Source: Tepidisphaera sp. | GTDB lineage: Bacteria > Planctomycetota > Phycisphaerae > Phycisphaerales > UBA1924 | Assembly (NCBI GenBank): GCA_050916045.1 | Contig: CP051526.1 | Location: 3,520,001-3,584,000, forward strand | Direction of reading: 5' to 3' | DNA: 64,000 bases | Program-made: the position numbers and the translations under genes | The notes under the pieces: model-generated | The model's input: the letters and a program-made list of their open reading frames with translations, nothing else | Databases searched by the model: none | Told to the model about the DNA's origin: nothing | In this document: one piece after another, positions 31,901-40,245 of the stretch | Position numbering within the stretch: position 1 is the stretch's first letter | Layout: every line of letters begins with the position of its first letter

Positions 31901-32852
31901 GGGCGATGTCGGCGTCCTGCTTGTCGCTTTCCGCCCCCGTCACATCGGCCGAGGCCTTCACGCGCTCATCGTCGATGGCGAGCTGCTGGCTGGTCAGCGT
32001 GAGGATCTGCGTGGCGATCAGGTCGTACTGATCGAGGGCGAGCGCCGTCCGCCACGCCCGAAGCTGTTCATCAAGCTCCTTGAAGCGGCGGGCTTTGACC
32101 GCCTGCCCCTTGACGATGCGGAGGCGGCGTTCGGTCGATTCGAGCTGGTCGCGGGTCTGGACGAGGTTGAGCTGGGCTTTCTCAAGCTTGCGCTCGGCTT
32201 CGATCCGCCGCTGCTTGTACTTCGCGACGCCGGCGGCTTCCTCGAAGATCGTCCGCCGCTCCTGCGGGCTGGCGAGAAGCATCGCATCGACCTTGCCCTG
32301 CTCGATGATCGAGTACGCATCGGCGCCGATGCCCGTATCCAAAAAGAGCTCGCGGATGTCGCGCAAGCGGGCTTTCTTGCCGTTGATCAGGTACTGACTC
32401 GTCCCGTCGCGATAAAGCCGGCGCTCGACTTCGACCTCATCGGCGTCGATCGGCAACCCGCGCTTGCCGCGGAGCTTCATGTCGATGACCGGCCCCTCTT
32501 CGGAGTCGAGCGGATCGATGGCGGCGGGCTGCTCGCCCTCGGCGACTTCCTCGGCGGTGACCGCGACGGTCTCGAGGGGCTTCTCGATGCGCGGGTTGTC
32601 GAAGGTGAGCGTGACGCTCGCCATGCCCCCGGGCTTGCGGCCGGCGCTGCCGGCGAAGATCACGTCGAGCATCTCGGTGCCGCGCAGACTTTTGCTCGAC
32701 CGCTCGCCGAGGACCCACTTGATGGCGTCGACGATGTTGCTCTTGCCGCAGCCGTTGGGGCCGACGACGCCGGTGATGGCTTCATCAAACGTGAACTCCG
32801 CCGAGTCGGCGAAGGACTTGAAGCCCGAGAGAGTCAGTTTGGTCAGACGCAT
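28905..32852 (-). CDS. smc: Chromosome segregation protein SMC
   Basis: MRLTKLTLSGFKSF, GPNGCGKSN, long coiled coils with a hinge, LSGGEK, LDEVDAALDE and VITH. Confidence 0.96.
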   Translation of the reverse strand: MRLTKLTLSGFKSFADSAEFTFDEAITGVVGPNGCGKSNIVDAIKWVLGERSSKSLRGTEMLDVIFAGSAGRKPGGMASVTLTFDNPRIEKPLETVAVTAEEVAEGEQPAAIDPLDSEEGPVIDMKLRGKRGLPIDADEVEVERRLYRDGTSQYLINGKKARLRDIRELFLDTGIGADAYSIIEQGKVDAMLLASPQERRTIFEEAAGVAKYKQRRIEAERKLEKAQLNLVQTRDQLESTERRLRIVKGQAVKARRFKELDEQLRAWRTALALDQYDLIATQILTLTSQQLAIDDERVKASADVTGAESDKQDADIARQEVASALRQAEQERLAAEHTQQQATQRAQMTERAIADAERRAEQDAVRLKDLDERHAQTESSSVTQREQVASLGELVAAADQKLTTANEARSAALVALNEKQSASAERRSASSRLDRERAGVLASIEADAKRVEAAREQMDRVAARLATQQAERERVATETAAMQQAAGATRARAEALQAEVAAAETTLDQLGAGRREQARRTNELEQDLVRQESRRATLRELVETRAGYGQAVQSVLEARDAGSGFAGVRGALVDLIETSSEDASLVEAALGADLQALVVDSAETLPSGPDLESLPGRVTFMLARTVGHAAPSEQADLSAYADRVRPIRSMVRARGDASGQPVDPLLDRLLGRTFAVRDVETAMLLAAGPLAGGRFLTESGVIVEPDGRIIAGPREAGAEGAGVIARRNELNHLEAVVADLALRVKAEREALAAVDTEAAALNARAAQLRTSLSAEQRQLLSEQGKLERLAADESRAQREIRSLEQEVASLRERSTRLDADRDTLKAKAESLGEQLAAATRDLVQLEAASREAQARVEAATEQMTAARVEAGKLSEQLSAARREASRLDSLRDELARQRRDIASQIEQSSGRVDEHRRVLEEARAAIEQSGVLANELKGRVESLQIALSGADTAATQAAQHLSEVRRTANDAEKRWANVEMARREAEIKRETLEERAREDLQLDLVALHPEYREMLTAGGVVRPDHERAQADIDMLRSEIKKLGNVNMDSIEEETTLAARNDELIRQVADIDDACTKLAELIGQLNAVSKERFGEVFDKIRENFGGEQGMFRKLFGGGKAEVRLMPLIKEIDGQKVVTDETDILESGIEIIAKPPGKEPRSISQLSGGEKTLTAVGLLMAIFRSKPSCFCVLDEVDAALDEANVNRFNTVIRQFTDLSHFIVITHNKRTMQSADRLYGVTMQERGVSKRVSVNFAQVGRDGTIHETPAEQPAAAQAVQATPAADLETVPPEPEAKPGYLRRAMAQMRTEQSQPSEN

Positions 32853-33030
32853 GATTGAAAGCACCCTCTCGACGCCGCCAAAGCCCCACGGATTGGGGCC
32901 TGAACGCAGGCGCGTACAGCGTATGGTGGTCGGGCGCGTCGGTCCGGCGCAACCGACAGGCGTTCAACACCTTTTTGCGGCCAATTTCAGGGCGCGCAAG
33001 CCCCTCAACCCGGGCGTGAGGGTGCCCCCC

Positions 33031-35076
33031 TTACTGCCGGTCTTCCTTGGCTTTGTCCCCGGGGCTTTGCGGCCGGATGACCGGAATGATCTTGGGCCTG
33101 GGTGCCGCGGCCGGTCGGCCCTCGGCCTGCTTGACGGCTTCGGCGGTGGGCTGCTCGACGACGAGCATCGCTTCGCGATCTTCCGGCGTCTCCGGGCGGA
33201 TGCGGGGAGCGGCGGCCTTGGTCGCTTCGGCGAACTTGGCTTTCAGCTTGTCCTTCTCCGTCGCAAAGACGCAGATCGTGCCCCGAGCCTGGTGCAGCGC
33301 GTACAACGCCCCCACCACTTCCGAGTACGTCATGTCGAGGCCGGGACGCGGATCCTCCGGCGACGACTTGCGAGCGAAGAACTCGACCAGATGCTCGAGC
33401 GATCCGTCCGTCTCGTGCCGGTACGTCTTCCCGTCGCGGTAATCGCGGTAGTAGACGCGGTGCACCGTGCTCCCGCTCTCCGCCGTGATCATCAAGCGGT
33501 CCTCCCAGGCCGAGACCAGCATCGGAGCCTCGAGCTTCATCCCGCCGGTCTCGCCGCCGAAAAGCACGATGCGCGGCTGTCCCTGCTGGGTCACGTAGAT
33601 CATCGGGTCGCCGTAGGGCACGATGTCAAGCTGGAACTTGTCTCCGACGATCTCGCGGCGAACGCCCTGGATGTTGTTCCCGGGGATCGCGCCGCGAAGA
33701 AGCACATCCCGGTGCGTCGGATTCGTCAGTTCGTAATCGCCGGTGGCCCGAGCGGCCGCCGCGGCTTCCCGCATCGCTCTGCGGCGGGCGATCCCCTGAG
33801 CGCGGGACGCCAGCGCCTCGTACGCGGTGACGCGGACGAGAAGCTCACGCGACTTGAGAAGCTCGCGGAGGGCAAGGTCGATGTTCGGACCGCCGTCGAC
33901 GGACTTCAGCAGGTCGATGGCTTCGAATCGCTCCGGCCCGTTGCCGGTCTGCGCCGTGCGGATCAGGTGCTCGGCGGACTTGTGATCGCCAAGCCGCGCC
34001 CCGACCCGCAGCGCCGTGATTCTCGGCACCACCTCGGGGTAGTCATAAAGCTCGCGTGCAAAACGGATCGCCGCGTCCCCGCCAACCGCCATCAGGCAAT
34101 ACCCAAGCTCGGTCGCGAGCCACGGCTGCTCCTTCATCGCTTCGACGTATCGCTTCGCGTAGAGGTCCGGAGCGGACATGTCGATCTGCAGGTGCCGCAC
34201 GATCTGGACGAAGTCGCCGGCCTCCTCGACCATGCTGGCCGGGACCTGAAGTGCCAGAGAGTCGCCGGTGCGTCCCATCGCCGTCTTGCCGCGAGAGCCG
34301 GGCTCCTCGGGGAACCGCGTGTTGATCGCTTCGGCCATCCGCCGGGTCCTGGCGTGGCTCGGCTCATCAAGAAGGATCTCGATCTTCAGCGGCTCCACCA
34401 CGGCGCCGCCCGCAAGCACGCGGCCGGTGCGGCGCGTCACACCGTCGGCTTCCGCCGCCGGATCATCGAACGGATTGATGAAGACCGGCCCGCGAGCGGT
34501 CGCGAGCCGACGCCCGCGCAGGCCCCCGATCGAACCGGCTCCTCCCGACTGGATGTACAGGTCGGTCGTCCAAAGCGTGCCGCCCTCCAGGCTGGTCGCG
34601 TTAATCGCCGTCACGTACGCATCAAACGGAAGACCCTTCGGCGCCGCGGGCGGCACCGCCGCCTGAACGAGCACCACCGCGACGTTCTTGTCGCGGAGCA
34701 TCTCCTTGGGCGACTTCCCGTTGATCGCGTACCCCTCGTAGTTAATCGTGGCCGAGATGTCCCGGCGGTTCATCTCAAGCTCGATCTGGGCCGCCAAAGC
34801 CTCGTCCAGAATGCCCCCGCCTGTCCCGTTGAGGCCGACCACCACGCCGTACCCGAAAACCACGATCGGCTCGGTGCCGTTGAGGGTCGTCGAAGCCCCG
34901 ATCGTGTTTACAAGCACGCTCGGCACGTCGCGAACGATCGGCTCGGCGCGACGGGGCTTGGGCGGCGGATCCGACTCGCACGCAGACATCACGGTGGCGA
35001 GCAAAAGCCCCGCCAGCACGGCGAGGGGACGTGTACCAAGGTGACGCCGGGGTGCGGCGCTGCAAGTCCAAGCCAT
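33031..35076 (-). CDS. FlgI (P-ring)-like lipoprotein with HEAT-like repeats
   Basis: Lipobox VMSA-C. The FlgI-like motifs GYGVVVGLNGTG, NVAVVLV and ATSLEGGTL are followed by helical repeats. Confidence 0.75.
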   Translation of the reverse strand: MAWTCSAAPRRHLGTRPLAVLAGLLLATVMSACESDPPPKPRRAEPIVRDVPSVLVNTIGASTTLNGTEPIVVFGYGVVVGLNGTGGGILDEALAAQIELEMNRRDISATINYEGYAINGKSPKEMLRDKNVAVVLVQAAVPPAAPKGLPFDAYVTAINATSLEGGTLWTTDLYIQSGGAGSIGGLRGRRLATARGPVFINPFDDPAAEADGVTRRTGRVLAGGAVVEPLKIEILLDEPSHARTRRMAEAINTRFPEEPGSRGKTAMGRTGDSLALQVPASMVEEAGDFVQIVRHLQIDMSAPDLYAKRYVEAMKEQPWLATELGYCLMAVGGDAAIRFARELYDYPEVVPRITALRVGARLGDHKSAEHLIRTAQTGNGPERFEAIDLLKSVDGGPNIDLALRELLKSRELLVRVTAYEALASRAQGIARRRAMREAAAAARATGDYELTNPTHRDVLLRGAIPGNNIQGVRREIVGDKFQLDIVPYGDPMIYVTQQGQPRIVLFGGETGGMKLEAPMLVSAWEDRLMITAESGSTVHRVYYRDYRDGKTYRHETDGSLEHLVEFFARKSSPEDPRPGLDMTYSEVVGALYALHQARGTICVFATEKDKLKAKFAEATKAAAPRIRPETPEDREAMLVVEQPTAEAVKQAEGRPAAAPRPKIIPVIRPQSPGDKAKEDRQ

Positions 35077-35246
35077 CGAGTCATCTCCGTGGAACCCAAG
35101 TCGGGTTCCGATGCCGGGGCGTCAGCCGTGGCGGCTTTGTGCTCCCAGACGCCGATCCAGCAGGACCCGCGTCGCACGGTACTTTACGACATCCGCGGGG
35201 TGCGCAGTTCTGGCCAATCCCAACTTCGCCTCCGACCCCGCTCATC

Positions 35247-35294
35247 CACCCCCAAACCCACCCCCAAACCCGCCCCCAAACCCGCCTCCAAAAC
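35247..35294. repeat. Imperfect 12-bp tandem repeat, 4 copies (CRCCCCCAAACC)
   Basis: Units CACCCCCAAACC, CACCCCCAAACC, CGCCCCCAAACC and CGCCTCCAAAAC. Confidence 0.85.
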
Positions 35295-35493
35295 CGCTCC
35301 GGCGACCGGCGAAAGAGTTTTCCACAATCGGCGCGATCCAGGGCCCCGGACGGAGGCCGAAATCATGCCCTGGTCGGTCCCCGTTCATGGGCTGGATCCC
35401 CTATCTCGTCCGCCGGGCGGAAGATTCTCGACCACCGCCAAGTCTCGGTCCGGACGGAGGTTAGATTCAACCGACAGGGGGTCCACGCTCTGT

Positions 35494-35541
35494 CCACATC
35501 ATTTTGTGGCTAAAGGGGCTTGCACCCACAACCTGTCGTGG
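35494..35541 (+). promoter_or_regulatory. Tandem NrdR boxes
   Basis: Two 16-bp pseudo-palindromes, CCACATCATTTTGTGG (35494-35509) and CCACAACCTGTCGTGG (35526-35541), start 32 bp apart upstream of dcd-nrdJ. Confidence 0.72.
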
Positions 35542-35547
35542 TATCCT
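35520..35547 (+). promoter_or_regulatory. Sigma70-type promoter candidate for dcd-nrdJ
   Basis: TTGCAC (35520-35525), 16 nt spacer, TATCCT (35542-35547) with an extended TG. The second NrdR box fills the spacer. Confidence 0.6.
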
Positions 35548-35704
35548 CTAGGCCCGGCCACTGGTGGTGGCCAGCCGACGCGAGGCCGATCGATGAACCA
35601 TTCGTCTCCTGTTCATCCCGTCCAAGCGTGTGCGCCCAAAGCTCGGTAAGTTTGTTCTGTTCGCACTCTGTCCGGCTCGGCCGGCGAGCGCGTGGGGAGT
35701 TGTC

Positions 35705-36283
35705 GTGCCTGTTCTTGCCGACCATCAAATCCGCTCGCTGGTGAAGATCCAGCCGTTCGAGGATGCGGTCAAACGCCCCGGCCGCATCTCCTACGGCGTG
35801 TCGTCGTACGGGTACGACGTTCGGGTCGGGACCTCGTTCAAGATCTTCACCCCCACGCCCAAGAGCGGCGACATCGCCATCGTCGACCCCAAGAAGTTCT
35901 CCGACGACATGATGGTCTCCGTCGATGTGGGCCACAAGCCCGCCGGCGACCAGTACGTCATCATCCCGCCCAACAGCTTCGCGCTCTGCGAGACGGTCGA
36001 GTACATCGAGATCCCGCGGGACATCCTCGTGATCTGCGTGGGCAAGAGCACGTACGCCCGCTGCGGCCTGATCGTGAACGTGACGCCGCTGGAGCCCGAA
36101 TGGCGCGGGAAAGTGACGCTTGAGATTTCGAACACGACGCCGCTGCCGGCGAAGGTGTACGCGAACGAGGGGATCGCCCAGTTCATCTTTATGAAGGGCG
36201 ATGCGGTCTGCGAGAAGAGCTACGCGGACAAGGGCGGGAAATACCAGGACCAAGGCGGGTTGACGCTTCCCAAGGTCGATTGA
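35705..36283 (+). CDS. dcd: dCTP deaminase
   Basis: [36 protein letters not shown] and KYQDQ. The GTG start at 35705 follows GGGGAG. Confidence 0.95.
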   Translation: MPVLADHQIRSLVKIQPFEDAVKRPGRISYGVSSYGYDVRVGTSFKIFTPTPKSGDIAIVDPKKFSDDMMVSVDVGHKPAGDQYVIIPPNSFALCETVEYIEIPRDILVICVGKSTYARCGLIVNVTPLEPEWRGKVTLEISNTTPLPAKVYANEGIAQFIFMKGDAVCEKSYADKGGKYQDQGGLTLPKVD

Positions 36284-36328
36284 AGTGCGTTTGACAACCA
36301 AGCATTCCATGCATGAGGCATCGCGGAC

Positions 36329-39300
36329 ATGAAGATCTCTCGCAAATTCACTCAGGCCGGCTCTGACCCCTTCGCGTCCACTAAGTGGGTGAAGCGGTCG
36401 TCCCGAATCTCGAACCCTGACGGCTCGATCGTCTTTGAGATGAAGGACGCGGAGGTTCCGGAATCCTGGAGCCAGCTCGCGACCGACATCATGGTCAGCA
36501 AGTACTTCCGCAAAGCGGGGGTGCCGCAGGCCGACGGGACCAAAGGCCCCGAGAAGTCCGCTCGCCAGGTGATCCACCGCCTTGCCGGCTGCTGGAAGCA
36601 CTGGGGCGAGACGCACGGGTACTTTGACTCGAAGGAGGACGCCCAAGCGTTCTACGACGAGCTTTCGTTCATGCTGGTGCACCAGATGGCGGCGCCGAAC
36701 AGCCCGCAGTGGTTCAACACCGGGCTCCAGTGGGCGTACGGGATCAACGGCCCGGCGCAGGGGCACTTCGTGCCCGACCACAAGACGGGCGAGGTGACGC
36801 TCGCGAAGGATGCGTACACGCACCCGCAGCCGCACGCCTGCTTCATCCAGAGCGTGGATGACGATCTGGTCTCCGACGGCGGCATCATGGACCTGTGGGT
36901 CCGCGAAGCTCGCCTGTTCAAGTACGGCTCGGGCACCGGGACGAACTTCAGCAACCTGCGCGGCGATGGCGAGAAGCTGTCGGGCGGCGGACGCTCGAGC
37001 GGCCTGATGAGCTGGCTCCGCATCGGCGACCGGGCGGCTTCGGCGATCAAGTCCGGCGGGACGACGCGTCGCGCGGCGAAGATGGTCTGCCTGGACATGG
37101 ACCATCCGGACATCGAGGAATTCGTGAACTGGAAGGTTCGCGAGGAGATCAAGGTGCAGGCGATGGTCGAGGGTCTCAAGCTGCTCAAGAAGAGCAACAA
37201 GGAGATCGCCGAGACCTGCGAGAAGCTCAAGCTCAAGCTCGACTACGACTTCAACGGCGAGGCGTACGCGACCGTCGCCGGGCAGAACAGCAACAACTCG
37301 GTCCGGATCCCGGACGCGTTCTTCGAAGCCGTCGACGGCAACTCGGAGTGGCAGACGTTCTGGCGGACGAAGAAAGCCGTCGCCCGCACGCACAACGCCC
37401 GCAAGCTCTGGGACGACATCTGCTACGCCGCGTGGCGGTGCGCCGACCCGGGCGTGCAGTACGACACGACGATCAACGCGTGGCACACCTGCCCCGGCGC
37501 GGGCCGCATCAACGCGAGCAACCCGTGCTCGGAGTACATGTTCCTGGACAACACGGCGTGCAACCTCGCGTCGCTGAACGTCCTGAAGTTCTACGACCCG
37601 GCGACGCGGACCTTCGACGTCGCGCTCTACGAGCACGCCTGCGACATCTGGACGATGGTCCTTGAGATCAGCGTGCTGATGGCTTCGTTCCCGAGCAAGC
37701 CGATCGCAGAGCTTTCGTGGAAGTACCGCACGCTGGGCCTCGGGTACGCCAACCTGGGCGCGATGCTGATGCAGCTTGGCATTCCGTACGACAGCGAAGA
37801 GGGCCGCGCGATCTGCGGGTGCCTGTCCGCGATCATGACGGGCCGCAGCTACCGGATGAGCGCGATGCTCGCGAAGGAGCACGGGCCGTTCCCCGGCTAC
37901 GCCCCCGAGCGCGAGAACATGCTCCGCGTGATCCGCAACCACCGCCGCGCCGCTCACGGCGTGAAGCGTGAAGCCGCCGAGTGGGAAGGCCTGCACCCCA
38001 AGACGCGCCCGGTCCCGATCAACCACACGCTCGTCAAGAGCGGCAAGGTCGGCGGCCCCAAGCACGGCCTGTCCAACGCGACGACGCTCCTGGACCACTC
38101 AATCGCAGCGTGGGACGACGCTCTCGCTCTGGGCGAGAAGCACGGGTACCGCAACGCCCAGGTCACGGTCATCGCGCCCACCGGCACGATCGGCCTGCTG
38201 ATGGACTGCGACACCACCGGCGTCGAGCCTGACTTCGCGCTCGTCAAGTTCAAGAAGCTCGCCGGCGGCGGCTACTTCAAGATCGCCAACGAGTCCGTCG
38301 CCCCGGCTCTCAAAGCCATGGGGTACACCGAGAGCCAGATCTCGGACATCATGACGTACATCCTCGGCACGCTCAAGCTCAACGTCCGCCTGCCGGACGG
38401 TGTCGCCGGAGCGGACACCGGCGAGACCCTCGCCGAGTGGCTTTACCGCAAGGGCCTGCCGGTCGAGACGCTCAAAGCCGTGGAAGCCAGCCTCCCCGGC
38501 GTGTTCGAGCTTTCCTTCGCCTTTGGCGCGTGGACGATCGGTGACGAGGTCCTCAAGAAGCTCGGGATCGATCCGGAGAAAGCCAAGAACGACTTCTCGT
38601 TCAACCTGCTCCGCACGCTCGGCCTGACGGCGGCCCAGATCGACGAGCTCAACACGACCATCTGCGGCACGCAGATGATCGAGGGAGCTCCGCAGCTCAA
38701 AGCCGAGCACCTGCCGGTCTTTGACTGTGCGAACAACTGCGGCAAGAACGGCAAGCGGTTCATCGCGGCCGAGGGTCACATCCGCATGATGGCCGCGGCT
38801 CAGCCGTTCATCTCGGGCGCGATCAGCAAGACGATCAACCTGCCCAACAAAGCCAGCGTCGCCGAGATCGCTCAGGCGTACCGGCTGTCGTGGGAACTGG
38901 GCCTCAAAGCCAACGCGCTGTACCGCGACGGGTGCAAGCTCAGCCAGCCGCTCAGCAGCACCAGCGACCAGGAAAAGGGCAAGGAAGGCGAAGCCGAGGT
39001 CGCCGTCACCAAGGTCGAGACGAAGGTCGAAGTCATCAAGCCCGTGCCGGCCAAGCCGACGCGCCGCCGCCTCCCGGACACGCGCCGGTCGATCACGCAC
39101 AAGTTCAACGTCGCCGGCCACGAGGGATACCTCACCGTCGGCCTGTACGAGGACGGCAAGCCGGGCGAGCTCTTCATCACGATGAGCAAGGAAGGCTCGA
39201 CGATCGGCGGCCTGATGGACGCCGTCGGCACCGCCACCAGCGTGTCGCTCCAGTACGGCGTGCCGGTCGAAAGCCTCGTGACCAAGTTCAGCCACCAGCG

Positions 39301-39724
39301 CTTCGAGCCGGCCGGGTTCACCGAAAACCCGGACATCCCGATCGCCAAGAGCCTCGTCGACTACATCTTCCGCTGGATGGGGATGCAGTTCATCGAGGGG
39401 TACCGCGAGGAGCACGCTCCCAAGCGCGGCAAGCCCGCGTCGGCCGCTCCCTCAGACACCGTCGCTCGCTTTAGCGTGAAGGATGATGTCGAGGTCAAGC
39501 GTGCCGCTTCGCCCGAGCCCTCGCCGATGGCGGCGGTGGTGACGAGCGAGACGATCATCGAGCAGGTCGTGGTCAAGGGCTCGGTCGGTCGGACGGCGCT
39601 GGACGCTCTGGCGAAAGCCAACCAGGGTGACGCTCCCGCGTGCAGCACGTGCGGATCGATCACGGTTCGCAGCGGCACCTGCTACAAGTGCCTCAACTGC
39701 GGGGCCAGCATGGGTTGTTCGTGA
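36329..39724 (+). CDS. nrdJ: Vitamin B12-dependent (class II) ribonucleotide reductase with C-terminal TSCPD-like and Zn-ribbon domains
   Basis: NSPQWFN, QPHACFI, GGTTRRAAKM, ASNPCSEY, ACNLASLN, APTGTI and YRDG, with C-terminal CSTC..CLNCG..GCS. Confidence 0.95.
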   Translation: MKISRKFTQAGSDPFASTKWVKRSSRISNPDGSIVFEMKDAEVPESWSQLATDIMVSKYFRKAGVPQADGTKGPEKSARQVIHRLAGCWKHWGETHGYFDSKEDAQAFYDELSFMLVHQMAAPNSPQWFNTGLQWAYGINGPAQGHFVPDHKTGEVTLAKDAYTHPQPHACFIQSVDDDLVSDGGIMDLWVREARLFKYGSGTGTNFSNLRGDGEKLSGGGRSSGLMSWLRIGDRAASAIKSGGTTRRAAKMVCLDMDHPDIEEFVNWKVREEIKVQAMVEGLKLLKKSNKEIAETCEKLKLKLDYDFNGEAYATVAGQNSNNSVRIPDAFFEAVDGNSEWQTFWRTKKAVARTHNARKLWDDICYAAWRCADPGVQYDTTINAWHTCPGAGRINASNPCSEYMFLDNTACNLASLNVLKFYDPATRTFDVALYEHACDIWTMVLEISVLMASFPSKPIAELSWKYRTLGLGYANLGAMLMQLGIPYDSEEGRAICGCLSAIMTGRSYRMSAMLAKEHGPFPGYAPERENMLRVIRNHRRAAHGVKREAAEWEGLHPKTRPVPINHTLVKSGKVGGPKHGLSNATTLLDHSIAAWDDALALGEKHGYRNAQVTVIAPTGTIGLLMDCDTTGVEPDFALVKFKKLAGGGYFKIANESVAPALKAMGYTESQISDIMTYILGTLKLNVRLPDGVAGADTGETLAEWLYRKGLPVETLKAVEASLPGVFELSFAFGAWTIGDEVLKKLGIDPEKAKNDFSFNLLRTLGLTAAQIDELNTTICGTQMIEGAPQLKAEHLPVFDCANNCGKNGKRFIAAEGHIRMMAAAQPFISGAISKTINLPNKASVAEIAQAYRLSWELGLKANALYRDGCKLSQPLSSTSDQEKGKEGEAEVAVTKVETKVEVIKPVPAKPTRRRLPDTRRSITHKFNVAGHEGYLTVGLYEDGKPGELFITMSKEGSTIGGLMDAVGTATSVSLQYGVPVESLVTKFSHQRFEPAGFTENPDIPIAKSLVDYIFRWMGMQFIEGYREEHAPKRGKPASAAPSDTVARFSVKDDVEVKRAASPEPSPMAAVVTSETIIEQVVVKGSVGRTALDALAKANQGDAPACSTCGSITVRSGTCYKCLNCGASMGCS

Positions 39725-39729
39725 ATGAA

Positions 39730-39759
39730 CAAGGCCCCGCGTGCGAACGCCGGGCCTTG
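39730..39759 (+). terminator. Hairpin immediately after the nrdJ stop (weak terminator or processing/pause site)
   Basis: CAAGGCCC..GGGCCTTG stem with only a poor U-tract. Confidence 0.45.
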
Positions 39760-39767
39760 ATTGCAGG

Positions 39768-40027
39768 GAATTCGATCGTGGGAGGCGGGCCCGGCCGCGC
39801 GGCCGGCACTCCCGAGGGCTTCGGGGCGAGGGATCGCTCCGATCGGCAAGCTCGGCAAGATGCTGGGCGGGCCGGCAGGCCCCATCAGGTGGGCGAAACC
39901 AGAACGGCAACAGGCACGGATCGCAAAGCCAAGGAACTGAGGTTCACCACGCGGGACGACAGGCCAGGCTCAGCACGACCCACCACATGCTGAGCGACGC
40001 GCCGGGCCCGCCTCCACGATCGAGTTC
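39768..40027 (+). other. Inverted-repeat-bounded ~260-nt non-coding element (candidate structured ncRNA or MITE-like element)
   Basis: Arms GAATTCGATCGTGGGAGGCGGGCCCGGC (39768-39795) and GCCGGGCCCGCCTCCACGATCGAGTTC (40001-40027). Internal hairpin GCTCAGCA/TGCTGAGC. No credible ORF. Confidence 0.55.
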
Positions 40028-40040
40028 GACGGATTGGGTT

Positions 40041-40112
40041 TCCAGAGTTTGGTTCAGAGCTTGGTTCAGAGCTTGTTTCAGAGCTTGGTTCAGAGCTTGG
40101 TTCAGAATTTGG
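40041..40112. repeat. 12-bp tandem repeat, 6 copies (consensus TTCAGAGCTTGG)
   Basis: TCCAGAGTTTGG, TTCAGAGCTTGG, TTCAGAGCTTGT, TTCAGAGCTTGG, TTCAGAGCTTGG and TTCAGAATTTGG. Confidence 0.92.
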
Positions 40113-40174
40113 TTTCTCGCGAGGTTCGCACGCTGACCCACCACCCACCAAGAGCGTGCGGGCCCGCTTCCCTG

Positions 40175-40215
40175 AGCCCCCGGGTGTGTCCACCACCGCC
40201 CGGGGGTTTTTCTTT
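40175..40215 (+). terminator. Rho-independent terminator, plus-strand polarity
   Basis: AGCCCCCGGGTG..CGCCCGGGGGTT stem followed by TTTTTCTTT. Confidence 0.75.
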
Positions 40216-40245
40216 GGGTCCCGTGAACGTCTGGCATCGCGCCGT

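Noticed and set aside
36329..39724. Intein or intron in nrdJ
   Set aside because: The frame is continuous with no intein splice or LAGLIDADG motifs. The length is explained by the fused C-terminal domain.
39768..40027. SRP RNA (given nearby ffh), tmRNA, RNase P RNA, cobalamin riboswitch or retron ncRNA
   Set aside because: The SRP CAGG..GGAA..AGCAG motif, tRNA-like ends, RNase P GAGGAAAGTCC and the B12 box are all absent. It lies 3' of nrdJ, and there is no reverse transcriptase in the window.
40041..40112. Repeat array as a CRISPR or as a coding repeat (QSLV / SEPS peptides)
   Set aside because: The units are contiguous 12-mers with no spacers and there are no cas genes. The overlapping ORFs lack convincing starts.
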